From positions 4,256,001 to 4,320,000 of the forward strand of contig OZ245742.1 of the NCBI GenBank assembly GCA_965227295.1: 64,000 nucleotides of DNA, in the 5' to 3' direction. How positions within the stretch are numbered: the first letter of the stretch is position 1; each line of letters opens with the position of its first letter. Shown in pieces: positions 18,950-28,534 of the stretch. The position numbers and the translations under genes were made by a program. Origin of the DNA: Leptonemataceae bacterium. GTDB lineage: Bacteria > Spirochaetota > Leptospiria > Leptospirales > Leptonemataceae. Below the pieces are notes generated by a model, which was not told where the DNA came from, made no database searches, and worked only from the letters and a program-made list of their open reading frames with translations.

Positions 18950-19537
18950 TTGTGGATTCGGCGACGCGGGAGGGCAATCGTTTTGCGCTTTTTGCATTGC
19001 AGGCCCCGGCCCGATGACTTATGTTCGAAGAAAGACGCTCCGGATTCGGGCGCGCGTCTCATCTTACTATTTCGTACTGTGGCCCAACTTGACCAACATC
19101 CCTCGCTTTTGGTTCCCGAGCATCGTCGCATTCGCCGCCGCCTGCTCGTGCTGGCTTTGCTCGGTCTCGCCTGGTCCCTGGGCGTGTTTCTGTTCAGCCT
19201 GCATCCGCCGGGTTTTGTGAAGCCGTTCACCGGGCCGCACTTTCACGCGGGAATCATCTACAGCTGGTACGGTTGCCTGTTGAATTGCAATGTGATCGTA
19301 AGCATTACGCTCTCGCACTTTCTGGCGAGCCGCGGCTGGCTGCGCACCGCGGCCTGTGTGTCGATGGTACCGGGACCGGGATTGTTGTTCAGCCTGCCGC
19401 AGATGATTCCGGCGTGGTGGATCTACCGCCGCCTCGGCGATCCGGTGTGGTTGCATTTTTTTGAATGGCGTCACCGCGCAAATCCGGTGAATGATTTGAC
19501 GGAGCGCAGGGACGGGAAATTGTTGCATTATCAGTGA
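18950..19537 (+). CDS. Hypothetical membrane protein (start uncertain)
   Basis: Several hydrophobic segments; fills the gap before the tRNA. Confidence 0.55.
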   Translation: MWIRRRGRAIVLRFLHCRPRPDDLCSKKDAPDSGARLILLFRTVAQLDQHPSLLVPEHRRIRRRLLVLALLGLAWSLGVFLFSLHPPGFVKPFTGPHFHAGIIYSWYGCLLNCNVIVSITLSHFLASRGWLRTAACVSMVPGPGLLFSLPQMIPAWWIYRRLGDPVWLHFFEWRHRANPVNDLTERRDGKLLHYQ

Positions 19538-19555
19538 GTCGCCCCGGCGACACAC

Positions 19556-19629
19556 GGGGTAGTAGCTCAGTTGGTTAGAGTGCCGGTCTGTCACACCGGA
19601 GGTCGCGGGTTCAAGTCCCGTCTACCCCG
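19556..19629 (+). tRNA. tRNA-Asp(GTC)
   Basis: Cloverleaf GGGGTAG..CTACCCC, anticodon GTC, TTCAAGT T-loop; CCA not encoded. Confidence 0.97.
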
Positions 19630-20049
19630 CAGCCATTGCTGAGTTCCCTTCTCGCCTGCCGAATTCTCTTTCGTTCTGCAAACTTCGTGAAGTTCCCAGA
19701 GACGGATCCATCACTCAATGAAGATCGAGCTCGGCCCGCGAGCCATGGAACAATTTCGGAACCGCGCCAGTTTGATGGAATGCATCCCCGCCATGGAAGA
19801 TGCGGATGATTGGATTTTCGTGGATGATGCGGCAGACGAGATTGTGCTGAAGTTGTTGTAGGTCTGGAAGCGTCGATATGAACCTCATCCGCCACGGCAT
19901 TTACGCATGCATCGTCACCGGTGTTTCCGTCCTGGCGACGTGGCTGCTGGGTTGCCGGTTGCGCTGATCCTCGCCCTGGCCTTTCGTTGCACAGCGGCTT
20001 TACGTTCTTGTTTTGCCGGTGTGTGGATTCGATCGACGATGCGGTCGTT

Positions 20050-20102
20050 TGAACATGCCGTAGCAAAGAAAGGCGATCGTAAGGCTACAGACCGGCGGCA
20101 GC
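20050..20102. repeat. 53-bp displaced copy of an internal segment of the araC-family gene (24641-24693)
   Basis: TGAACATGCCGTAGCAAAGAAAGGCGATCGTAAGG..ACCGGCGGCAGC, 2 mismatches. Confidence 0.85.
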
Positions 20103-20269
20103 GTGGGTTACGTGGGTGTTCCGCACGGTGTCTCGTCTAACGGTTGGGATCTTTTCTTTACGCACGTTCAGGCAAGGTCTTTGATCTCGTGCTTCCGCTG
20201 GATCGTGTGGCCGAAGGTTATAAAGCCATGGACGAGCGCACGGCCATCAAGGCGTTTCTTAAGCCGTGA
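20097..20269 (+). pseudogene. C-terminal remnant of a zinc-dependent alcohol dehydrogenase
   Basis: GSVGYVGVPHG..FFTHV then, in another frame, GKVFDLVLPLDRVAEGYKAMDERTAIKAFLKP*; internal deletion, no 5' part. Confidence 0.75.
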
Positions 20270-20293
20270 GGCTCAATCGTTGAGTGCGCGTAC

Positions 20294-20806
20294 TTAAGCG
20301 GTCGCAAGCAATTCCAGCGCATCGCGAACCGATCGCGCATACACCGGCGCACTCGCATCCGCCTCCTCGCCCGCGATCGTCGGCACCGTCGTCGCCACGA
20401 CCCGCGCGTCCATGACACGCAGCAAGTACGCAAGGGATGTGAGGGATTTCACGCCGCGATCGCGATTGCCGTAAGCGTTGGTCAACACCACCGGCCGATG
20501 GTGGAACTCCGCCGACGACACGATCCAGTCCAGGGCGTTCTTCAACACGCCTGGAATCGAATGCGCGTACTCCGGACACGCGATGATCACACCGTCCGCC
20601 TCACGGATGGCCGCGCGCCAGGCGCGCACGGTTGCCGGAGCCTCGTCGCCGTCTTGATCGAGGTCGGGCGTGTAGTACGGTAAGTCGGCCAGGCCGTCGA
20701 AGAGGTGCAGCTCGAAGCGCGGGCGCGTGAGCCAGGTGAGCGTGCGCAGCATGGCGGTGTTCGTAGATGCACGGCGGATGCTTCCGGATACGGCGAGGAT
20801 TTTCAT
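20294..20806 (-). CDS. NADPH-dependent FMN reductase
   Basis: MKILAVSGSIRRASTN and PEYAHSIPGVLKNALDW. Confidence 0.9.
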   Translation of the reverse strand: MKILAVSGSIRRASTNTAMLRTLTWLTRPRFELHLFDGLADLPYYTPDLDQDGDEAPATVRAWRAAIREADGVIIACPEYAHSIPGVLKNALDWIVSSAEFHHRPVVLTNAYGNRDRGVKSLTSLAYLLRVMDARVVATTVPTIAGEEADASAPVYARSVRDALELLATA

Positions 20807-20928
20807 TGGCATGGTGTGCGGGAACGAGATGCTGTTGTCAACGGGATTGCGAGTCGTTGGCGCGATGATCATCTACAGGAAGTTTATCAGCTACATATTC
20901 TCAGGATCCCGGGTTATTCTAACTGAGT

Positions 20929-21300
20929 ATGAAGCTACGACTACGAAATCTTGCGGCGGCAATCGGAGCCTTAAATGTCATCACCGCGATCTACATTGTC
21001 TCAACAAACTATTCACAGGAGTTTATCCCGGACCCCGCTCCGATCATTCTTGACATGCATACACTGTACGCCCTTGAAAGCCAGGGCCGCGTCGATACGA
21101 TTGTTGAAGAGTTTTCTTTATCCACTCAATCTGAGATCGTACTACGGAGTCGGAAGAAATTGGGAAAGCCAGTTGTCTTGAGTTGTACGATGCAGCAGCA
21201 GGCCAGGCAGACGCCAAAAGGTCGACACATAGAAATCATCTGTTTTGTAAAACGCAACAGCGTTCCATACAAAGAACGATACCTTGCAACGGCTCTGTGA
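20929..21300 (+). CDS. Low-GC hypothetical protein with N-terminal hydrophobic segment
   Basis: 123-aa ORF in visibly AT-richer DNA. Confidence 0.55.
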   Translation: MKLRLRNLAAAIGALNVITAIYIVSTNYSQEFIPDPAPIILDMHTLYALESQGRVDTIVEEFSLSTQSEIVLRSRKKLGKPVVLSCTMQQQARQTPKGRHIEIICFVKRNSVPYKERYLATAL

Positions 21301-21401
21301 TCCGACAAACGAGAGGGGCAGTATTCGTTTATTATAGATCAACTATCCCCTGGTTCATGGAGCGATTGATCTGTTACCCACATCCTGACCCAAATCCAGA
21401 G

Positions 21402-21613
21402 TCAGGAAATTGGCTTCTGACCGGTGTACCGAAACTCACTCGGACTCACCCCCGCAATCCGCGCAAACTCCGCATTAAACGACGACTTACTTGCAAAGCC
21501 CACGGCCCCCGCGATCGACAGCACCGTGCGATCCGGCTCCTCCACTAACATACGCTGAGCAGCCTTTACCCGAAAGCCGTTCACGAAGTTCTTAAACGAA
21601 ACGTCCAGCCGGC
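21402..21613 (-). pseudogene. Duplicated 3' end of the araC-family gene (HTH only); direct repeat 21429-21613 of 24135-24319
   Basis: 185-bp match with 4 mismatches; alternative C-terminus EFRYTGQKPIS*. Confidence 0.9.
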
Positions 21614-21654
21614 GGCCCTGCACCTACAAGGACGTCAACATCCCGTATCCGTCC

Positions 21655-22905
21655 ATGTTCTTCGGCCTGGAACACGTGCCGGAAGACTCAAGCACCGACT
21701 CGATCAACAACATCTACTTAAACGGAGTGCGCGTCGCCGCTATGGCGGAGAACGGCGCACTGGCCTACTACCTCACGGATCAGGTGGACTCGGTCTCCCA
21801 CGTCCTGGACGACCAGGCCGAGACCCTCACGCGCATTCAATACAAACCCTACGGCGAGACCTTCGTGCACGAGGGCGATCAGGATTTCGCTCCGAAGTAC
21901 AATTCCCAGGAACTGGATTCGGAGAGTAAGTTGTACTACTTCAACGCCCGGCATTATGATCCGCAGGTGGCGAGGTTTGCGAGTGCGGATAAAGTCGTGC
22001 CCGGCGCGATGAATACACAGTCGTGGAACCGGTTCAGTTATGTGCTGGGGAACCCGATCAAGTTTAAAGATCCGACCGGGCATGCACCGTGTGCGGCAGG
22101 AATCATGGATTCGTGTGGTGGGCTTTCCAACTCGCCGTTGGTTGCACCGCGGCCGGGGGATGCGAATTTTGTTGGACCTACGCGACCGGGTGGTGGAGGA
22201 TCAGCAGTATCGGAGGCGCCGAAATCTAGCCGGCAAACGAATATACCAGAGAGCGTTAAGAACGAAATTACAGCAAAGCAGGATCAATTATTAAATCAAA
22301 TTGGTCCGAAACAAGACGCGAGTACCCCCGGGTTTGATCCCGAAACCATCAGTCCGCTAAAAAGAGCTGTTGACACCGTTAATATGGGGCTGAGGTACAC
22401 ACCTATAAAAGGCCGTGTTGCAGTTGGAGTTGAGCTAGAAGCCGAAGCGGCCCTGCTAACAGTTGGCGGCAAGGGTACTTTGCAATATGTATATTTTGGT
22501 AAATACGGTGGCAACCCTGATGCGACAGAAGCATTCTATGGGGGACTTGATGGAGGCAGCGTGCATACGCTTTCCGAGGGAGAGAATCTAATGTTTGGCC
22601 TCATGGCCGGAGGCCAGCTTAATATAAATATTATTTTCGGCAGCGGTGGCCATGCATATTTCGCGGGGCGCTCGACTCAACTAGATGTTGACGTTAAGGC
22701 GTATGCCTTCGGCTTGAGTCATTCAAAAACGGGATCCGAAAACGGCTGGACACATTCACCCGTTTGGAATCAGCCCGGGTATATTTCAGTCGATCAAGGT
22801 ATCGGCCCAGGGCTGGGCATAGCGCTAGGGTACCATGAGACGATTCCACTTGCCACAAAAGGGTACGATAACCAGTGGCGCTTAGGTTCCGGTAAAGGCT
22901 TATGA
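21655..22905 (+). CDS. Truncated Rhs repeat-associated core plus C-terminal putative toxin domain
   Basis: YYLTDQVDS, YKPYGE, LYYFNARHYDP, NRFSYV.GNPIKFKDPTG; GC drops after DPTG; no upstream YD-repeat body. Confidence 0.88.
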   Translation: MFFGLEHVPEDSSTDSINNIYLNGVRVAAMAENGALAYYLTDQVDSVSHVLDDQAETLTRIQYKPYGETFVHEGDQDFAPKYNSQELDSESKLYYFNARHYDPQVARFASADKVVPGAMNTQSWNRFSYVLGNPIKFKDPTGHAPCAAGIMDSCGGLSNSPLVAPRPGDANFVGPTRPGGGGSAVSEAPKSSRQTNIPESVKNEITAKQDQLLNQIGPKQDASTPGFDPETISPLKRAVDTVNMGLRYTPIKGRVAVGVELEAEAALLTVGGKGTLQYVYFGKYGGNPDATEAFYGGLDGGSVHTLSEGENLMFGLMAGGQLNINIIFGSGGHAYFAGRSTQLDVDVKAYAFGLSHSKTGSENGWTHSPVWNQPGYISVDQGIGPGLGIALGYHETIPLATKGYDNQWRLGSGKGL

Positions 22906-23492
22906 CACTCCAGCAAGCAGGCAGATTCTTCGGGGTCTCAATTCTTGTCCTTGTCGCTCTTCTCACGGTTTGGATTTTTAGAAGATGGGAACTCCACGCC
23001 CCCGATCGAGAATTATATGAACTACTCCTTCATGACGTAGAACTCTGGAACACTTGGCGAAAAAAGAATCCTGATATCGATCCGAATTTTTCAGGGCTTG
23101 TATTTGCCTCTGTCGACATCGCAAACGCAGACTTACGTGGAGCCAGATTTTGGGACGCCACCATTACAGATTCCAATTTCAACGACACGAACCTCACGGA
23201 TACTCAGTTCGATGGAGCTTCCATCCAGAGTACGTCGTTCAGACGAGCAGTTGGTGTTCAAGCATCTTTCTACGGAAGCACACTTACGGATGTATCATTC
23301 GAATCGGCAAACCTATCCTTGTCAACTTTCTGGAGGGCAAATCTGCTTAAAGTTGATTTCACAAGCGCACTATTGTACAGGTCGAGCTTTGTCTACATTC
23401 CACAACTCCACGTAATATTCAACGAGACGCGCTGCGCCGGAATCGTGTTTCGACCTGCAAGGCCGCCGAACTTGTCCTGTATAGATGAGTAA
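22902..23492 (+). CDS. Pentapeptide-repeat protein with N-terminal TM
   Basis: ANADLRGARF/ASFYGSTLT repeats; ATGA overlap with the Rhs stop. Confidence 0.88.
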   Translation: MTLQQAGRFFGVSILVLVALLTVWIFRRWELHAPDRELYELLLHDVELWNTWRKKNPDIDPNFSGLVFASVDIANADLRGARFWDATITDSNFNDTNLTDTQFDGASIQSTSFRRAVGVQASFYGSTLTDVSFESANLSLSTFWRANLLKVDFTSALLYRSSFVYIPQLHVIFNETRCAGIVFRPARPPNLSCIDE

Positions 23493-24108
23493 TTTCTTGA
23501 AACACAAAAATGATATGAACTTAAAAAAATATATGGTATCTGCGTTGCTCTTAATGCTCTGCTTATCTCTGGCAAGTGTCACATTCGGATACCGACAGTG
23601 GCTACTCTCATATCCCGACACACAGCTAAAATCGATCCTTGAGAGAGATGTTGACACATGGAATGAATGGCGCGCAAAAAATCGTAGCAAGGCACCAAAT
23701 TTCTCCGGATTGAGCTTTGCAAATGTAGATCTAAGCGGCGCAAATCTCAAGAACGTAATTTTCATAAAGAGCAAATTCCAAAACGTTAACATGAACAAAA
23801 CCGTCTTGGACGGAGCAGTCTTCGTTCAGGCCCGATTTGAAGACACTCAAATGCGCAATGTGCGCGCAATTGGAACTTCGTTCGTTGACACTCGTCTAGA
23901 GAATGTTTCCTTTGCCGGAGCCGAACTCTTACTTTCAGACTTCATGAGCGCGCACCTTATTAGTGTTGATTTTCAGGACGCACGGCTGATATCGAGTTCG
24001 TTCATGCATGCCGATCTTATACGAGTCGTGACCAAGAATACTATATGCAGCAAGATTCGTTTCTCCTCAAATCGACCCAGTAATTTCACCTGTATCGACG
24101 ACCTTTGA
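23485..24108 (+). CDS. Pentapeptide-repeat protein with N-terminal TM, paralog of the previous gene
   Basis: Shared DV..WN.WR.KN..PNFSGL.FA.VD motif and C-terminal C..I.F..RP.N..CID. Confidence 0.88.
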   Translation: MSNFLKHKNDMNLKKYMVSALLLMLCLSLASVTFGYRQWLLSYPDTQLKSILERDVDTWNEWRAKNRSKAPNFSGLSFANVDLSGANLKNVIFIKSKFQNVNMNKTVLDGAVFVQARFEDTQMRNVRAIGTSFVDTRLENVSFAGAELLLSDFMSAHLISVDFQDARLISSSFMHADLIRVVTKNTICSKIRFSSNRPSNFTCIDDL

Positions 24109-24125
24109 AGAAAAAACGATACCCC

Positions 24126-25217
24126 TCACCCCCGCCGAAACTCACTCGGACTCACCCCCGCAATCCGCGCAAACTCCGCATTAAACGACGACTTACTCGC
24201 AAAGCCCACGGCCCCCGCGATCGACAGCACCGTGCGATCCGGCTCCTCCACTAACATACGCTGAGCAGCCTTTACCCGAAAGCCGTTCACGAAGTTCTTA
24301 AACGACACATCCAACCGGCTGTTCAGAATCTCCGAGAGCTGGTGCGACGAAATGTCCAGGGCCTCCGCAAGCCGGCCGAGGCTGAGGTCCTCGTCGGCGT
24401 ACAGATGCTCGAACTCCATCAATTCGTGCAACCGCCGAATCAACGCGTCGGTGTCGAGGCCGGCCAGACGCGTGCGTTCGTAGCGGGCCCGGGCGGCCTC
24501 GCGTTGCATGAGGTTCAGGTAGCGCGGGTAACGTTGGCCGGCCCAAAAAACCAGCACCGGAAAAAGCGACAGGGCGATGAAACCGAGCATCAACAGAGAT
24601 CTGCTGCGTTCCACTTGATTGATGGTCAGGCACGTGATGATGAACATGCCGTAGCAAAGAAAGGCGATCGTAAGGCGATAGACCGGCGGCAGCCCGCCCG
24701 CGGCCGAGCGATCCCTTAAAATCACATAAAAGTCGCTTAGCGTCAGCACGAGAAAAACGCCGATGTACGCAAGAATTGAAACGAAGATCGCGTCGAGGTA
24801 CCGCGGCAGCGGGCCCCGGCCGTAAGAAAGCGCCTGCAGGTCTTCGAAGTTCGCAAACTGAAACGCAAACAACGCAGTCGATGCCGCAAAGAACGGCACG
24901 AAATACCAGAGATGTGCGCGGCGCCAGGTGAAGTCCGGCTCGATGATCTGATGGAAGTAGTGATAGCCCGCCGGACCGATAAACACATACAGGGCCACGT
25001 GCATAAAGGCGACGCGCGGGTACGCATGAAAGACACCGACGCTTTCGGCGGCAAGACTGAGCTGCGGAATCGCCAGCAGTACGAAGAGCGACCCCAGAAG
25101 CACGTTACCGGAATTGCGTTCCCGCGCCAGGAACTGTGCCGTGCCCAGGACAATCGCCACGGCCGCCCCGGCCAACTGCACGGCGGTAAACAGGTCGACG
25201 CCGGTCCAACGAATCAC
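24126..25217 (-). CDS. AraC family regulator with multi-TM N-terminal sensor
   Basis: About 7 hydrophobic helices then LSLGRLAEAL..SHQLSEILN..GFASKSSFN helix-turn-helix. Confidence 0.92.
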   Translation of the reverse strand: MIRWTGVDLFTAVQLAGAAVAIVLGTAQFLARERNSGNVLLGSLFVLLAIPQLSLAAESVGVFHAYPRVAFMHVALYVFIGPAGYHYFHQIIEPDFTWRRAHLWYFVPFFAASTALFAFQFANFEDLQALSYGRGPLPRYLDAIFVSILAYIGVFLVLTLSDFYVILRDRSAAGGLPPVYRLTIAFLCYGMFIITCLTINQVERSRSLLMLGFIALSLFPVLVFWAGQRYPRYLNLMQREAARARYERTRLAGLDTDALIRRLHELMEFEHLYADEDLSLGRLAEALDISSHQLSEILNSRLDVSFKNFVNGFRVKAAQRMLVEEPDRTVLSIAGAVGFASKSSFNAEFARIAGVSPSEFRRG

Positions 25218-25267
25218 ACCCGGAGCGTGGCCTGCGGACCACGGCTGTCAACGCCGATATTGAAACC

Positions 25268-25654
25268 ATGACGCCCGTCCATCAGACCAACTTCACCGCC
25301 TCTCGCGGCAACGCCCTCCAGGCCTGCGTGGCATCGATCTTCGACACAAGCCTCGCCGACGTACCGAATTTCATTGAAGCGCCGGACTACGCGGCCGCCA
25401 TCAACGCCTGGCTGGAATCGCGCGGCCTCGCGTTTCTGAAGGTGGCCCTAACTTCTGGAAAGTTACAGTTTGCGGTCGACCATGCACTCTGCATCCTGGC
25501 CGGACCGTCGCCGCGCGGCAGTCACAAACATGCCGTGGTCGCGCGAACCCGCGGCATGGATTTCGAACTCGCGCACGACCCGCATCCGGACGGCACCGGC
25601 CTGGCCGGCCCGGCGAACTGGGCGGGTTTTTTCGTGATGCGCGAGCCGGAGTGA
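25268..25654 (+). CDS. Hypothetical protein, possible papain/C39-like fold
   Basis: GNALQACVASI..GPSPRG..HAVV..HDPHP pattern. Confidence 0.6.
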   Translation: MTPVHQTNFTASRGNALQACVASIFDTSLADVPNFIEAPDYAAAINAWLESRGLAFLKVALTSGKLQFAVDHALCILAGPSPRGSHKHAVVARTRGMDFELAHDPHPDGTGLAGPANWAGFFVMREPE

Positions 25655-25667
25655 TGTCGGGCCTGAC

Positions 25668-27203
25668 TTATCCTCCCCCCTCCGGAGAAGATCCACCCAC
25701 AGGGGGTGGGTGAGATGTGTCTTTTTGTGCGACCCCGATGCCCGCGTAGCCCAGGATCAGCGCGATCAGCGGATTGATCCAGTTCAAGAACGCAAACGGC
25801 AAATACGTCAACGTCGCCACGCCGAGAGTCGATGCCATGAACGCGCCGCACGTATTCCACGGAACCAGGGCCGAGGTCAGCGTGCCCGAGTCTTCGATGG
25901 CGCGCGACAGGTTCTTCGGATGCAAACCCTCGCGATCGTAGGCGTCTGCATACATTCGCCCCGTGAGCACCACTGACAAATATTGTTCCGACGCAGTCGT
26001 ATTCAAAAAGAGTGCGGTCCCCAGGGTCGCCGCGATCAAGTTGCCCGTGCCCTTCGCCACGCTTAAGATTCCCGCGGCCAACCTTTGTAGAAAACCCGCG
26101 CCCTCCATCACACCGGAAAAGAACATCGCCGACAAAATCAACCACACGGTCGTGAGCATCGACGACATGCCCCCGCGTTCCAGCAGGCTCGCCACGGCGG
26201 CGATTTGATCGGCATCGTCCGCGTCGCCGGTAAGGTTCGGCACAAAACCGGTCGCCGCCGCCTGGATCGTCGCCCGTGCCGCGGCTCCGATGTACGAAGC
26301 ACCGCCGCCCGCAAATTCCAGTACGACGTCCGCCTGAAAGATAAACGCCCACAGCGCACCCATCACACTGCCGAAGAAGAGCGCCGGAATTGCCGGCGTG
26401 CGTCGCGCCACGAGCACGAACAGAATCAACGGCGGCAAAAACATGTGCAGCCCGGTGTCGAACTGCGCATCGATCGTACGAATGACGAAGTCGATGCGCG
26501 CCGGATCATAACCGTCCGTGGACGACGTCACGCCGATGATCGCAAAGAGGATCGTCGCGATGATCATGCTCGGCCCGGTTGTATAAAGCATATGCCGGAT
26601 GTGTACAAAGAGATCGACGCCGGCCATGGACGCGGCCAGGTTCGTCGTCTCTGAAAACGGCGACATCTTATCGCCAAAGTACGCGCCGGAAACGACGGCA
26701 CCGGCTGTAAGGCCGGGATGAATCTGCATGGTGTCGCCGATGCCGATCATCGCCAGGCCCAACGTGCCCGCGGTGGACCAGGAACTGCCCGTGGCCAGCG
26801 ACACCAGCGCGGCGATGATGGTCGCCGCGGCGAGAAAGATTTCGGGCGAAAGAATGCGCAGGCCCCATACGATCAAAGCCGGAACGATACCGCCGAGAAT
26901 CCAGGTGCCGATCAACGCGCCGACGAGCAGTAAAATGAAAATCGCCTGCGCCACGTAACCGACACTCGCGAGGACCTGGCGTTCGAGGTAGACCCAGGGC
27001 ACGCGCTTCACCCACGCGAAGGCCGCCGTAACAAAGCCGGCGATGATCAGGGCCACCTGGGAAGGACCCGACGTCGCATCGTCGCCGAAGATCCACACGA
27101 TCGAAAAGAGCAGTGCGATGAGAATGACAACCGGTGCGAGAGCGTACCAAAAACTTACGGTGGGATAATCCGGCGCTGCATCGGACGACGGGGTCGTGCT
27201 CAT
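25668..27203 (-). CDS. nhaC: NhaC family antiporter
   Basis: GSSWSTAGT, SGAYFGDKMSPFSETTNLA, EDSGT..LVPWN. Confidence 0.9.
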   Translation of the reverse strand: MSTTPSSDAAPDYPTVSFWYALAPVVILIALLFSIVWIFGDDATSGPSQVALIIAGFVTAAFAWVKRVPWVYLERQVLASVGYVAQAIFILLLVGALIGTWILGGIVPALIVWGLRILSPEIFLAAATIIAALVSLATGSSWSTAGTLGLAMIGIGDTMQIHPGLTAGAVVSGAYFGDKMSPFSETTNLAASMAGVDLFVHIRHMLYTTGPSMIIATILFAIIGVTSSTDGYDPARIDFVIRTIDAQFDTGLHMFLPPLILFVLVARRTPAIPALFFGSVMGALWAFIFQADVVLEFAGGGASYIGAAARATIQAAATGFVPNLTGDADDADQIAAVASLLERGGMSSMLTTVWLILSAMFFSGVMEGAGFLQRLAAGILSVAKGTGNLIAATLGTALFLNTTASEQYLSVVLTGRMYADAYDREGLHPKNLSRAIEDSGTLTSALVPWNTCGAFMASTLGVATLTYLPFAFLNWINPLIALILGYAGIGVAQKDTSHPPPVGGSSPEGGG

Positions 27204-27283
27204 GCAATACAGGACGAAGCTACCCCGGCATGGTCAAGAAAAATGTGTGGTGCCGTGGTCTTCGCGCGATTTATACTGCCTGT

Positions 27284-28534
27284 ATGCCGGACACGCAACT
27301 CCATCTCACCGACGCTCTGACCTGGCTCGACTCGCGGAGTGATGTTATGATCAAAGAAACGATCACCTGGGCCAACATCAACACGCACTTTTACAACACC
27401 GGCGGCCTGGACGAACTGCGTGCGATCCTGAAAGAACGCCTGCAACGTACATTTCCCCGTGCCGCTTCATTAGAAGAACCCGTCCTCGACCCGCATCACA
27501 TCGTGGACGCCGGCGGCAATATCGTAGAACTTCCCCTGGCAAACTGCCTCACCGCGGCCGTGCGCCCCGACGCGCCGCTGCAGATTTTCTTTTGCATTCA
27601 CATGGACACGGTCTTCCCGAAGGACAGCCCGTTCCAGAACGTTCAATGGATCGACGAGCGCACACTAAACGGTCCCGGAGTAAGTGATGCGAAGGGCGGT
27701 ATCTGCATTATGCTGCACGCTCTTGAGGCTTACGAACGCTCCGTGAGTGAACGCGGAGACGCCGCCCGCATCGGCTGGCGCCTCTTCTTAAACAGCGACG
27801 AGGAACTCGGTTCGCCCTCCTCGGCACCGGTGTTGCAGCGTTACGCACAGGGCGCGGACTTCGGATTACTCTTCGAACCGTGCCTGCCCGACGGCCACTA
27901 CGTCGGCGCGCGCAAAGGTTCGGGCACGTTTACGTTCGTCATTCGCGGGCGGGCGGCGCACGTCGGCCGGGAGTTCGACCGCGGCCGATCGGCGCTGCAT
28001 CTGGCGGCGGATCTCATCCGTGACTTTACGGCACTCAACGATGATCCCGACATCATTGCGAACGTCGGTAAGATTGACGGCGGCGGCCCGGTCAACGTCG
28101 TCGCCGATCTGGCCGTCCTCCGCACGAACGTCCGTGTGGAAAACGAAGAAACTTTAGCGATTGCTGAACAGAAGTTACGGAAAATCGCCGAGAAGTTCAA
28201 CGCCGCCGACGGTTTCACCGTGGAACTGCACGGCAGCTTTCTGTCTCCGCCGAAACCGCTGAGCGGTCGCATTCCCCGGCTCCTGGATTACCTGCGCGCC
28301 TGCGCCGCCGAGGAAGGCCTGGAACTTCAGGCAAAACCCAGCGGCGGCGTCTGCGACGGGAACCGCCTGTACGCCGTGGACATCCCGGCGGTGGACACCC
28401 TGGGGGCCCACGGCGGCCACATCCACAGCGATCAGGAGTACCTGCACGTCGATTCGTTAACTCAACGCGCGCGTATCTTAGCGCGGCTGTTGTTTAAGTT
28501 GGAGAACGGTGAGATCGAATGGCCGGCACAATGA
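27284..28534 (+). CDS. M20 family metallo-hydrolase
   Basis: HMDTVF, GPGVSDAKGG, DEELGS, GG.CDGN, IHS..E. Confidence 0.9.
   Translation: MPDTQLHLTDALTWLDSRSDVMIKETITWANINTHFYNTGGLDELRAILKERLQRTFPRAASLEEPVLDPHHIVDAGGNIVELPLANCLTAAVRPDAPLQIFFCIHMDTVFPKDSPFQNVQWIDERTLNGPGVSDAKGGICIMLHALEAYERSVSERGDAARIGWRLFLNSDEELGSPSSAPVLQRYAQGADFGLLFEPCLPDGHYVGARKGSGTFTFVIRGRAAHVGREFDRGRSALHLAADLIRDFTALNDDPDIIANVGKIDGGGPVNVVADLAVLRTNVRVENEETLAIAEQKLRKIAEKFNAADGFTVELHGSFLSPPKPLSGRIPRLLDYLRACAAEEGLELQAKPSGGVCDGNRLYAVDIPAVDTLGAHGGHIHSDQEYLHVDSLTQRARILARLLFKLENGEIEWPAQ

Noticed and set aside
21429..24319. Repeat pair as a diversity-generating retroelement TR/VR
   Set aside because: No reverse transcriptase in the window; mismatches are few, synonymous and not adenine-specific
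19556..25260. Prophage or integrase-driven island at tRNA-Asp
   Set aside because: No integrase or phage genes and no duplicated tRNA 3' end found in the window
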